The translations under genes were made by a program, and so were the position numbers. 53,219 nt of DNA, taken from assembly GCA_046482735.1 (NCBI GenBank), contig JAWOEL010000112.1:1-53219 (forward strand), written 5' to 3'. A model generated the notes under the pieces. It saw only the letters and a program-made list of their open reading frames with translations, made no database searches and was not told where the DNA came from. Numbering within the stretch: position 1 is the first letter of the stretch; each line of letters opens with the position of its first letter. This stretch comes from Bacteroidales bacterium (GTDB lineage Bacteria; Bacteroidota; Bacteroidia; Bacteroidales; UBA1715). Below, one piece after another: positions 29,089-37,727 of the stretch.

Positions 29089-29590
29089 ACTATTTTTTTA
29101 TTTTAGTTTATATTTAATTTTACTACGTGTCAAATTTAGACATTTTTTATAAACTAAGGCACACGAAATCACATAATTTTATGCAAAAATTCACTCATCT
29201 TTTTTGGCTTTTTCAATACAAAAATTGAATCTATACAATAATTACATGTACTGTACATGACTAAAACATCTCACAATTATTCCTTTTGACACACGGGCAG
29301 ATATACGTAAAAACACATGTGCTGAACGCATGAAAAGTATCTGTAAATCAAAAAAATAGCCTGTAGCAATATGTGAGAAAAGTAACAAAAAATATCGGTT
29401 ACCATACACACCACACGCGAAAAAATTCGCCCCCTTGTAAAATTAAGATGTGTACTGTACCCCGAAAATTTCATCATTCATACCATTTATTTGCATGTCA
29501 TGCTGTGTACAACACAGGTAAAAAACACAGATTAATCAACAGTACGAAATGTAACAGCTGGTAATACATAAAAAAACCTTGTGTACTATC

Positions 29591-30343
29591 CTATACCTTG
29601 CTATGCACCAATTCAACTTCCTTGAAAAAATACGTACGTTTTTGATTGTGTTCATCTTGAATATGCAATACCCCATTTTGTTCTATATCAATAATTTTTC
29701 CAAGAAACACACCATCTTTATCTTTATAAGTAGAAAAGGTATTGAATAAATATATGTGCTGTAAATATGTGGCATGAACCCCTAGTGGGTCAGTTTTGGT
29801 ATGACTGTATACAACATAAAACTCTTCAAGAACTTCATATAATAATTCTTTTACAGACACCGTATGTGCAATGCATTGCTTTACAGAAACAGGATTGGGG
29901 ATACTTTCAGAAAAAGTAGTTTGATTACAATTCAGTCCAACACCTATTACCGAACCTGCAATTGTATACCCGGACAATATATGTTCAAGTAATATACCAG
30001 CTATTTTTTTATCACCAACATAAATATCATTAGGCCATTTTATAAAGACCTCAGCACAATAATGTGCCACAACATTACGTATAGCAAGTGATATACACTC
30101 AGAAATAACAAATTGTTTGTTTGCAGAAATATGGTCAGGATATACAATAATAGAAAAAGTCAGATTTTCTCCCGGATTGCTTTCCCACACAGCATTTTTT
30201 TGCCCCTTTCCATGTGTTTGATTTTCACTAACTATAACTGTATATTCAGGAGTTTTTTTGTGTTGCATTAATGCATATGCACACGTATTTGTTGAAGAAA
30301 GTTCGTTATAATAATATATGTTTTTGTATATTTCCATCGTCAA
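29591..30343 (-). CDS. birA: Biotin-[acetyl-CoA-carboxylase] ligase, no N-terminal HTH domain
   Basis: NELSSTNTCAY..., a GKGQKNAVWES loop (variant of GRGRxGRxW) and KWPNDIYVGDKKIAGILLE. Confidence 0.85.
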   Translation of the reverse strand: MTMEIYKNIYYYNELSSTNTCAYALMQHKKTPEYTVIVSENQTHGKGQKNAVWESNPGENLTFSIIVYPDHISANKQFVISECISLAIRNVVAHYCAEVFIKWPNDIYVGDKKIAGILLEHILSGYTIAGSVIGVGLNCNQTTFSESIPNPVSVKQCIAHTVSVKELLYEVLEEFYVVYSHTKTDPLGVHATYLQHIYLFNTFSTYKDKDGVFLGKIIDIEQNGVLHIQDEHNQKRTYFFKEVELVHSKV

Positions 30344-30362
30344 AAATTAAAAAAACAAAATT

Positions 30363-31406
30363 ATGAGATTTTTTATTACATTACTTTTTTATGTAGGAAT
30401 AAGTACATTTTTATTTTCACAAAACTGCACAATTACCGGAAAAATAAACAATTATACCGGAAATGATTCTATACAAATTACCACATTTGGCTCACAAAAA
30501 CCTATAGAAGAAAAGGTTGCAGTATCAAAAAAAGGAAAATTCTCGTACACTTACCCTACTCAAGGTGCAGATTTCAACAAAATTTATTTCAACCCAAAAG
30601 ATTTTATTCTGGTTGTTCTAAATCCTAACGAAAGTATACATATAGAAGCAGATTTCAACAATCTATCGCACACATACACTGTAGAAGGTGCAAAAGACGC
30701 AGAACTTATTCAAGCAAACAATCAAGCTTTGTTGGAATACATGAATGAGATGAACGAATTGCAAAAATTATTTAAAGAAAAAGTTGATTCAATTGAAAAA
30801 GATAAAGAAACATTTATTGTACAAACAATTACTGAAAATGCAGGTTCATTATCAGCTCTTGCTTTAATAGACCTGGTTGACAAGAAAAAATACCCGGAAC
30901 TGTATTCTTTAGTAGACAGCACATTATACAGCAAATATCCAGACAACAGTGTAGTTGCTAATTTCCACAATAAGCACAGTGGCGAAGAACATTTACCAAA
31001 AGGGTCTGTTGTGCCAAATATTGAATTACAAGACGAAAACGGACACACTGTTTCACTGGAATCATACCGGGGACAAACAGTTTTACTTGTATTTTGGGCA
31101 ACCTGGTGTCGCCCCTGCCGTGCAGAAATTCCTCATATTAAAAAAGCATATGAAGAATACAACGAAGACGGTTTTACCGCTTTTTCGGTATCGACAGACA
31201 AAGACAAGCAAAAATGGCAGGATTTTGTAGAAACACAACCGGTACCATGGACAACAACTCATGATAGTGAAGGGAAATACAGCAAAGTATTTCGTGTTCG
31301 GGGTATTCCTTTTACTATACTCATAGATACTGAAGGACGCATAATTGCAAAAAATGTTCGCGGCAAAGCATTAGAACAATATTTATCTCAAATTTATGAC
31401 AACTAA
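30363..31406 (+). CDS. TlpA/ResA-like thiol-disulfide oxidoreductase with an N-terminal extension
   Basis: Signal peptide, and a C-terminal thioredoxin fold with the WATWCRPC active site. Confidence 0.85.
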   Translation: MRFFITLLFYVGISTFLFSQNCTITGKINNYTGNDSIQITTFGSQKPIEEKVAVSKKGKFSYTYPTQGADFNKIYFNPKDFILVVLNPNESIHIEADFNNLSHTYTVEGAKDAELIQANNQALLEYMNEMNELQKLFKEKVDSIEKDKETFIVQTITENAGSLSALALIDLVDKKKYPELYSLVDSTLYSKYPDNSVVANFHNKHSGEEHLPKGSVVPNIELQDENGHTVSLESYRGQTVLLVFWATWCRPCRAEIPHIKKAYEEYNEDGFTAFSVSTDKDKQKWQDFVETQPVPWTTTHDSEGKYSKVFRVRGIPFTILIDTEGRIIAKNVRGKALEQYLSQIYDN

Positions 31407-31464
31407 TTGATAAGATATAATAGTTTTGCAAAAAAATGTAAAACTATTATATCTTATTATTTGT

Positions 31465-32076
31465 ATGCTATCATCAATTATTGAATTCATGGTTATGTTA
31501 AATCCATTTGCGCTGTTCCTTTATTTAGAACCGATACGAAAAGATTTAGACCATAAAAAATTTATTGGCGTTATATTTAAGGCATCACTAATATCTTTTA
31601 CTGTTTGCCTCCTGTTTTTCTTTTTAGGAGAATTTATTTTTGATTCGATTTTTCAAATTGATTTTGAATCATTTCGCATTTTTGGTGGGGTCATAATTTT
31701 TTCATATGCCTATTTTTTCATAGTTCGGGGTCAAAAAGCATTAATTATGATTAAAGAAAATCTTGATGATTTGGCATCAGAAATAGCTTTACCTTTTATG
31801 GTAGGTGCCGGAACCATTTCGTTAAGTATACTTGTTTCATACAACCATCCTACCTGGAAAGGACTCTCTATTATGATTATTGTATTTATAATTAATTTCT
31901 TTACAATATTCATGTTAAAAAAAATCAGAGACAACCTGGAAGGTAAAAAATGGCGAACGGCATACGATAAAAACATGGAGGTTCTGCTTAGATTAAACGG
32001 ATTTTTTATAGGTGCTATAGGTATAAATATGGTGCTTACTGGCATAAAAAACATGTTTGGTATTGGTATAATTTGA
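31465..32076 (+). CDS. MarC-family (UPF0056) integral membrane protein
   Basis: The track ORF begins at TTG 31426; the first ATG is at 31465. Six hydrophobic spans and an N-terminal ...NPFALFLYLEP motif typical of MarC. Confidence 0.65.
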   Translation: MLSSIIEFMVMLNPFALFLYLEPIRKDLDHKKFIGVIFKASLISFTVCLLFFFLGEFIFDSIFQIDFESFRIFGGVIIFSYAYFFIVRGQKALIMIKENLDDLASEIALPFMVGAGTISLSILVSYNHPTWKGLSIMIIVFIINFFTIFMLKKIRDNLEGKKWRTAYDKNMEVLLRLNGFFIGAIGINMVLTGIKNMFGIGII

Positions 32077-32141
32077 TAGTTTAAAAAAAAGTTTTAGTTT
32101 TGCACGAACTATTATAATTTTCATCAATATTTTTTAGAAAA

Positions 32142-32762
32142 ATGATTAAGCCGAAAATCTTACTTGTACTCTTGTTAGCCATTCCTACGTGCATTTTTGC
32201 ACAAAATGGTTTCAGTTTAAAACTCAATTATGTAAAACCCAGTGGAGAAGCTTTTGCTACAAAATACGAACCTGCTGTTGGATTCCAGTTTCATTGGAAT
32301 TTTTCGTATATGGAAGACCAACTGCAAGCAGCTTTTTTTACCGGTTATTATAAATTAAAACCATATAACGAAATTATTGTACAAGTTAATGAGGATAATA
32401 ATCTTATTACAGAAAATTATGGTGAATACAGAGCTATTCCATTTGGTTTAGTTACCGATTTTAAACTTTTCAGTGTACTTGATGATAAATTATCTCCGAT
32501 TTTAGGAGCTGACTACTTTTTCGAGCGAATAAAACATAGTAAACATACAATTACAACTGAAGAGGATCTTGATTCAGAAAAGTTCTGGGTACGGGGTATA
32601 ACATTCAAAGCTGAAGTAATGTACGAAATAAACAAAAAAATGACAGCATCAATAGGACTGGGATATAGTTTCAAGTCATCTTCAGCATATTATATACCTG
32701 ATATTTTAAATAGACATAAAATCTGGGATTCTTATATTAAGTATAAATATTATATAAACTAA
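32142..32762 (+). CDS. Small outer-membrane beta-barrel protein, family not recognised
   Basis: Signal peptide MIKPKILLVLLLAIPTCIFAQ, with an alternating aromatic pattern. Confidence 0.55.
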   Translation: MIKPKILLVLLLAIPTCIFAQNGFSLKLNYVKPSGEAFATKYEPAVGFQFHWNFSYMEDQLQAAFFTGYYKLKPYNEIIVQVNEDNNLITENYGEYRAIPFGLVTDFKLFSVLDDKLSPILGADYFFERIKHSKHTITTEEDLDSEKFWVRGITFKAEVMYEINKKMTASIGLGYSFKSSSAYYIPDILNRHKIWDSYIKYKYYIN

Positions 32763-32774
32763 CACCTACTCTCA

Positions 32775-33710
32775 ATGAAAAGAATAATTATTTTACTCCT
32801 GCTAGCCGGCACTGTAGCTTTACAATCGTGCGAAAAGGATTTGTTTACCTCATACAAAAAACAAGTTTCAACATCAAACAGTGACGAAAAAAACATTTCA
32901 ATACAATTTGATAATGAAAATTATGAGGTGATTCTCAATGGTTCTATACCGGAAAGTTTCATTACCGGAAACGAAACAATTATATTATATTACAGCAAAT
33001 TGAAAAAACAAGCAGAAAATTTAAATTTCGAATATGATAAGTACATTATTCCACCAAACTCATACGACACTTCATTTGCAATACCGTTCAATACAATTAC
33101 TAATGAATTAAACATGAATTCTTATGATTTAAATGATTCGCTCTACTTTAGATTAGCAATTAAAGATGCATCATCAAATGCATATTTAAGTAATATAGTA
33201 ACATATACCGATGACTTGGAAAGAACTGTTCCCTCTGTAACTGTACCTTGCGAAAGTAATCTAACAAATCAGGAATTTGATCTTATTACTAACATCCCCA
33301 ATCATTCATTAGAATTAGAAGATGCAACAAGATTAACTGATAGCAGTTTTAAAATGGAACTCAGACTGAATGATGACTATTCCTTTTCCCATTACGATAA
33401 CGAAACAGAAGAAATATATGTACGCTTTAAAGGTAAACCGATAAACGGTGAATATACTACAGTAAGTTCTGAAACAGAGTTAACTGCTCAAAAAGTATTT
33501 ATATATACTAGATATTATAATACTAATACTAATACATATTCAAGAGAAAATTATGCTAAACCCGGGTATACCATTTATGTAAACAATGGACAAACAACTG
33601 ACTACTACGGCAATACAAAAAACACAACAACAATTAGTATTTGCGAATTAGAAATGACAAAATGTTTTGATATTGTTAACTTACAAATAAAAGGAACTTT
33701 TACTGAATAA
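32775..33710 (+). CDS. Lipoprotein of unknown function
   Basis: Lipobox LLLAGTVALQSC. I recognise no domain. Confidence 0.6.
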   Translation: MKRIIILLLLAGTVALQSCEKDLFTSYKKQVSTSNSDEKNISIQFDNENYEVILNGSIPESFITGNETIILYYSKLKKQAENLNFEYDKYIIPPNSYDTSFAIPFNTITNELNMNSYDLNDSLYFRLAIKDASSNAYLSNIVTYTDDLERTVPSVTVPCESNLTNQEFDLITNIPNHSLELEDATRLTDSSFKMELRLNDDYSFSHYDNETEEIYVRFKGKPINGEYTTVSSETELTAQKVFIYTRYYNTNTNTYSRENYAKPGYTIYVNNGQTTDYYGNTKNTTTISICELEMTKCFDIVNLQIKGTFTE

Positions 33711-33730
33711 ATCTCTAACACAATACTACA

Positions 33731-35326
33731 ATGAAAAAAATTTTATTTGCACTCACGACATTAATTATTTTTTCCGGTTGTGCTACAATGCTGTTACCCA
33801 GACATCAACCAATCACACTCAAAACCAAGAACAAAGATGCAGAAGTTTATATAAATAACGAAAAAGTTGGTGAAGGCTCACAAATCTCAAAACGAATCCG
33901 AAAAAAAGGCACAAGCCAAATCGTGGTAAAAACACCAGAATATAAAGATTCATATCATTGTTTGGTGGCACATAAAAGACCGGCAGCATATTGGCCTCTT
34001 CACATAATATCAACTATTTCAATTTATGGTATATTTGAAAAATATGCTCATAATTGTTTTAAATATCCTGACATTACTATCTGTGAGCCAAAAACAAAAA
34101 TCCCGCACCGAACTGAGGATTTAAAATATGTAAACTTAAATGCCATAAAGTTAGATATTGAAAATGCTGATCGCCAAATTTTGGCTATCACCATGTCATA
34201 TAAAGATTATTTAAGCAATAAATTTCATGTTTTGGAACAAAAAGAAAAAAACAAAATTGCGAAAAAAGAATTAAGGAAAAAAGACGAAAAAGAAGACGAA
34301 AAGGTATTACTTGAATCCAAAGATGAAATCAATAGCATAAAATTTGATGACACTAAGTTTTCAAACGATATAAAAGATGCTCTTATTAAATCGGGATTTA
34401 CCGATACTATCAATGAAATTTTCTTTGACAATAACAATACACTCCACATTGAAGCTCTCATTAGCAATATTACATTATTCAAAATTAAAAGTGCATCAAC
34501 TAACGATTTTCACAAAATAAAACTTGGTATAAAATGGTTTATGAAAAATAATTTTGGAGAAACCATTGATTCAGTTTCTCACAATTCGTATTCAGGTGAT
34601 TTTGTGAAATTTGATGTTGAAGATATGACACGCGATGCTATTGAAAAATCATATTTATCCTTATTTGAAAAAGAATCATTCAAAAAAGAATTACAATATA
34701 TAAAAACACTCGATGCTCCTGAAAAAACTACAAAAATAGATGTGAGCTGGAAACACTATATAAAAGATGCCAGCGAAGCTAACCAAGCTACCGTTATTAT
34801 TAAAAAAGGTGAAGGTCATGGTTCCGGCTTTGCTATATCACCTGATGGATACATCATAACAAACTACCACGTGGTTGCTTCGGAATATATTGACAAAAAA
34901 GACTCTCTTACTATTGTATTACACAACGGTCTGGAATATCCGGCACATATAGTAACAAAAAACAAATATCGGGATTTAGTACTTCTGAAAATTGATGCCC
35001 AAATTGATAAAACATTTAAACTTCCGACTCAGAAAAATTATAAAAATCTAGAAGAGGTTTATGCAATTGGCACACCGCAATCTGTTGAATTAGGACAATC
35101 TGTTTCGACCGGTATTATTTCTTCTGAACGAAATGTAAACAAAAATACATACATACAGTTAAACATGTCGCTTAACAGTGGTAACAGCGGCGGCCCTCTT
35201 CTTAATAAGAGTGGTGATCTTAACGGTGTTATTGTTGCAAAATTATTCGGTTTTGGTGTTGAAGGAATTAGTTTTGCAATACCAGCATATAAAATAACAG
35301 AATACCTAAACATTACGCCTATATAG
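33731..35326 (+). CDS. Lipoprotein with an N-terminal PEGA-like domain and a C-terminal trypsin-like (S1) serine protease domain
   Basis: Lipobox IIFSGC. PEGA-like ITLKTKNKDAEVYINNEKVGEG...IVVKTPEYKD. Catalytic-triad contexts ITNYHVV (His), RDLVLLKI (Asp) and GNSGGPLL (Ser). Confidence 0.8.
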   Translation: MKKILFALTTLIIFSGCATMLLPRHQPITLKTKNKDAEVYINNEKVGEGSQISKRIRKKGTSQIVVKTPEYKDSYHCLVAHKRPAAYWPLHIISTISIYGIFEKYAHNCFKYPDITICEPKTKIPHRTEDLKYVNLNAIKLDIENADRQILAITMSYKDYLSNKFHVLEQKEKNKIAKKELRKKDEKEDEKVLLESKDEINSIKFDDTKFSNDIKDALIKSGFTDTINEIFFDNNNTLHIEALISNITLFKIKSASTNDFHKIKLGIKWFMKNNFGETIDSVSHNSYSGDFVKFDVEDMTRDAIEKSYLSLFEKESFKKELQYIKTLDAPEKTTKIDVSWKHYIKDASEANQATVIIKKGEGHGSGFAISPDGYIITNYHVVASEYIDKKDSLTIVLHNGLEYPAHIVTKNKYRDLVLLKIDAQIDKTFKLPTQKNYKNLEEVYAIGTPQSVELGQSVSTGIISSERNVNKNTYIQLNMSLNSGNSGGPLLNKSGDLNGVIVAKLFGFGVEGISFAIPAYKITEYLNITPI

Positions 35327-35353
35327 TATGTAAATTTTATATACTATTTTTTT

Positions 35354-35391
35354 AAGAGCTTAGGTTTATTATTACAAAAATCTAAGCTCTT
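35354..35391 (+). terminator. Terminator-like hairpin after the protease gene
   Basis: 10-bp stem AAGAGCTTAG (35354-35363) / CTAAGCTCTT (35382-35391) with an 18-nt loop, followed by ATTATTT. The loop is long for a classical terminator. Confidence 0.45.
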
Positions 35392-35666
35392 ATTATTTAA
35401 ACACATTATAACTATACGTAGGTGTGTAAATATAAAAACAGGGTTTATCGTACACAATCTTACCGGTTATATGATTACGTTAAAAAAACACAGCAACAAA
35501 ATGATTGTACCCGAACATCCACAAGAAACAACACGAGAACAACTCATACGATTAACCGAGTTTGTGTCTGTCTGTGTACGTTTTGTAAAAAGGGGACATT
35601 AGTACCATTTCCATGAACGACCTCGCATGCGAAGTCCTAACAATAAATCTAAGCCATTGAAAACCC

Positions 35667-35729
35667 ATAGATTTAATTCAACCGGGAATTCGCATCGGGG
35701 GTTGTGTGGTGGTTGAATTTCTGGTTATT
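35667..35729. repeat. Repeat family A, copy 1, on the 3' flank of the Fic cassette
   Basis: ATAGATTTAATTCAACCGGGAATTCGCATCGGGGGTTGTGTGGTGGTTGAATTTCTGGTTATT. About 54 of 63 columns match copy 2 in my hand alignment. It contains the 8-bp inverted repeat ATTCAACC (35676-35683) / GGTTGAAT (35711-35718). Confidence 0.85.
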
Positions 35730-35797
35730 GTGCCACGTTTTTTAATTTTCTTCACGTATCAATTAGGACTAAAATCAATTTTGTCAGCGTTTTTATA

Positions 35798-36350
35798 TCA
35801 CTGTTTATAGTCCCTTGCATATACTTGGTCATAAACATTTTTATTGTCGGGTGGGTTTAGATTTAATGTTAATCCTTTTTCCGATGCTACTAATCTTAAA
35901 AATTCTCTTTGTGATCGCCCGTTTCCTTCTCTGAATGGATGCAGGTAATTCACATTATCCAAAATTTCAGCTAATTTCTTTGCTATCTGCAGCTTGTTCC
36001 TTTTTGATATGCTTCTATAATCCGAAATTAATGTATCAATAAAACGAAAAGCATTGTCAAAATGTGTGGTTGGAAAAAATTGTTTACCAGCTTTACTTAT
36101 CTCAACCTTTCGTCTTTTCCCAGCCCAAGTAAACATCTTGAAACAAGTGTCTATGAATACTCAAAAGGCTATCTACTCCTTTTATTTTAATAGGTTTTTC
36201 GTAAAGTTCTTGAATACGTTTTGCAACAACTGCACTTTCAAAAAAGAGTAAATCATCCGAGTCCGTAATATTTGCTAAATTTCTTAGAATTCCAGTTTTT
36301 GGGTCGGTATAGATGTAATCGAGGTCAATATATTTGTATGAATCAGGCAT
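35798..36350 (-). pseudogene. Fic-domain toxin (AMPylase type), disrupted by a frameshift
   Basis: Track ORFs 36102..36350 (...LLSIHRHLFQDVYLGWEK) and 35798..36136 (..WAGKRRKVEISKAG...HPFREGNGRSQREF) join into one Fic protein if 1 nt near 36128 is removed (DVY|WAGK). The canonical HxFx(D/E)GNGRxxR motif is present. Total length is 553 nt, which is 3n+1. Confidence 0.8.
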
Positions 36351-36564
36351 ACGATTTGTCCTTAGCGAATTTTATTAACTCGGGCAATGTGATTTTTCCA
36401 ATCATATAATCTCTAATTATCTCAATACTTTTGGGAGTTGGTTTAAACCCTTCAAACATATTACTCCCAATTGCATTTGCAGTACTTTCCAAAGTTTTTA
36501 AATTAGAAAATTTCACCCCCATAATAGTCAGGTTTTTACGGTCTATATTTATCGTATTAAACAT
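36343..36564 (-). CDS. VbhA/FicA-like antitoxin
   Basis: 73 aa, overlapping the Fic start by 8 nt. It carries the inhibitory (S/T)xxxE(G/N) motif as SNMFEG (36448-36465), followed by ...IIRDYMIGKITLPELI as in VbhA. Confidence 0.75.
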   Translation of the reverse strand: MFNTINIDRKNLTIMGVKFSNLKTLESTANAIGSNMFEGFKPTPKSIEIIRDYMIGKITLPELIKFAKDKSYA

Positions 36565-36590
36565 ATTCTATCTTTTTCAATTAATCATCA

Positions 36591-36598
36591 CAAATTTA
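36591..36598 (-). promoter_or_regulatory. -7 box TAAATTTG upstream of the Fic antitoxin gene
   Basis: The minus strand reads TAAATTTGTGAT, which matches TAnnTTTG, 27 nt before the ATG. No clear -33 TTTG. The same 12-mer precedes the second cassette. Confidence 0.4.
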
Positions 36599-36682
36599 AT
36601 CATTTTCAGCCAATTTTTCCTTGTATGCGACAGTTTCCTCAAATGGTGGCATAACGTCAGTCTCCCAAAATAATCGGAACAA

Positions 36683-36765
36683 GCTGTCTCAAAACCTCCC
36701 ATCATTTCCTCTATTTTCAATAAAAGTACATTTTTTTTTTGGACACCGAGAAAAAATCGCAAAAC
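36683..36765 (-). mobile_element. Repeat family B, copy 1: solo end fragment of the IS1182-like remnant
   Basis: GCTGTCTCAAAACCTCCC...TATTTTCAATAAAAGTACATTTTTTTTTTGGACACCGAGAAAAAATCGCAAAAC aligns along its whole length with 37734-37816. It lacks the transposase N-terminal piece and the second inverted repeat. Confidence 0.65.
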
Positions 36766-36815
36766 TTTTAATCTGCGTGTGTTTTCTGAAACTAACCTCT
36801 ACCTTTTTTAAATTT

Positions 36816-36876
36816 ATAGATTTAGTTCAACCGGGAATTTGCATTGGGGGGTGTGTGGGGGGGATTTCTGGTTATT
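36816..36876. repeat. Repeat family A, copy 2, on the 3' flank of the zeta-like cassette
   Basis: ATAGATTTAGTTCAACCGGGAATTTGCATTGGGGGGTGTGTGGGGGGGATTTCTGGTTATT. It ends 12 nt before the zeta-like stop codon. It keeps GTTCAAC (36825-36831), but the partner arm is replaced by a G-run with a 2-nt gap. Confidence 0.85.
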
Positions 36877-36888
36877 TGGCAATAGTGC

Positions 36889-37494
36889 TTACATTTCTTG
36901 TATTAAATTATATATTTTAGGCAATCTATGTTTAAAATATTTTGGAATATTCTCTGTCATTAAAATAATCTCCTTATTTTCAATTTGTAAGATATTCGTA
37001 TATACTTCATTTGAAGCAGAATTATCTACAAAAAGAACATTGTCAAAAAAATTAAAATGAATATTCACATTTTTATATCCGGCTTTCCATTTAATATCAA
37101 TTGTGTCCTCATCCACAAAATGTCCTTTAAATTCAGTCCGAACTTGAACTCTATGTTTGGCAATGTCTTGATTATCTATACAAAAAAATATTAAATTCAA
37201 ACGATATCCATATTTTTTAAATTTTACAGCCCAATAAATTGGATGTTGATCGAAGTTAGTTTCGTAACAAAAATCTAATTTTGCAGCAAGTACTTTTTCT
37301 ATTGTTTACTTAAATGTTTCAGTGGTTTGATTTCTTGCTATTACGTCTCGCAATTCACTATCAGGAAGACTATTGTAATTCTCAAGATATAGCCTATCAT
37401 AGTCAAATAAACTTAGCCCTTATGGGAGAAAGGATGATGCAAATGTTGATTTTCCAGCACCATTACATCCTGCTATAACAATTAAATCAGGCAT
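36889..37494 (-). pseudogene. Zeta-toxin / COG4185-like P-loop kinase with two in-frame TAA codons
   Basis: My translation from ATG 37494 stays in a single frame of 202 codons: MPDLIVIAGCNGAGKSTFASSFLP*GLSLFDYD...ETFK*TIEKVLAAKLDFCYETNFDQ...YGYRLNLIFFCIDNQDIAKHRVQVRTEFKGHFVDEDTI...FVDNS. Stops lie at 37420-37422 and 37306-37308. Walker A GCNGAGKST. The track shows only the last 103 aa. Confidence 0.75.
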
Positions 37495-37654
37495 TGGGAT
37501 TTAGAGTGTTATTAAGTTCTTTACTTAATTTTCCCTCTTTTTTTCTAATCTGAAATAGCTCTTCTCTAGGAATCACTTGACTATACAAAATATTCCTAGC
37601 TTTACTCATTTGTTGAGTAACTTTTATTCCAGTTATTAGTTTTTCTTTACACAT
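37487..37654 (-). CDS. Small ORF (55 aa, or 40 aa from the second ATG at 37609): candidate antitoxin of the zeta-like kinase
   Basis: Not in the ORF track because it is under 61 aa. MCKEKLITGIKVTQQMSKARNILYSQVIPREELFQIRKKEGKLSKELNNTLNPNA. Its TGA overlaps the kinase start (ATGCCTGA), a typical TA coupling. The -7-like box lies only 5 nt upstream of the first ATG, so the second ATG may be the real start. Confidence 0.45.
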   Translation of the reverse strand: MCKEKLITGIKVTQQMSKARNILYSQVIPREELFQIRKKEGKLSKELNNTLNPNA

Positions 37655-37658
37655 ATCA

Positions 37659-37666
37659 CAAATTTA
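37659..37666 (-). promoter_or_regulatory. -7 box TAAATTTG upstream of the second cassette
   Basis: The minus strand reads TAAATTTGTGAT, the same 12-mer as at 36587-36598. Confidence 0.35.
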
Positions 37667-37727
37667 TAACTTTTTTTGATTTTTAGAATAATTCATTAGT
37701 TTTTTCTCTTCCCAGCATTATTGCTAA

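Noticed and set aside
29089-29590. Cobalamin riboswitch upstream of the B12-dependent mutAB operon.
   Set aside because: I could not recognise a conserved B12-box-like core or the typical paired elements on the minus strand. The region is AT-rich and apparently unstructured.
35422-35616. 64-aa GTV-start ORF at the left edge of the island.
   Set aside because: GTG start, Thr/Arg/Cys-rich low-complexity product and no motif. It is probably non-coding.
36431-37060. ORFs 36431..36673, 36577..36762, 36621..36920 and 36839..37060 in the cassette region.
   Set aside because: They read through repeat A, repeat B or the antisense strand of the antitoxin and kinase genes. The 61-aa ORF 36577..36762 is simply the IS-remnant sequence (..KKNVLLLKI..GGFET..) in frame.
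36889-37494. Possibility that the two in-frame TAA codons reflect stop-codon reassignment or programmed read-through.
   Set aside because: TAA terminates many conserved genes in this window at their expected C-termini (for example gltB, gltD, lepA, gltX and rpsR). TGA and TAG also act as stops, so standard code 11 fits. Nonsense mutations are the simpler explanation.
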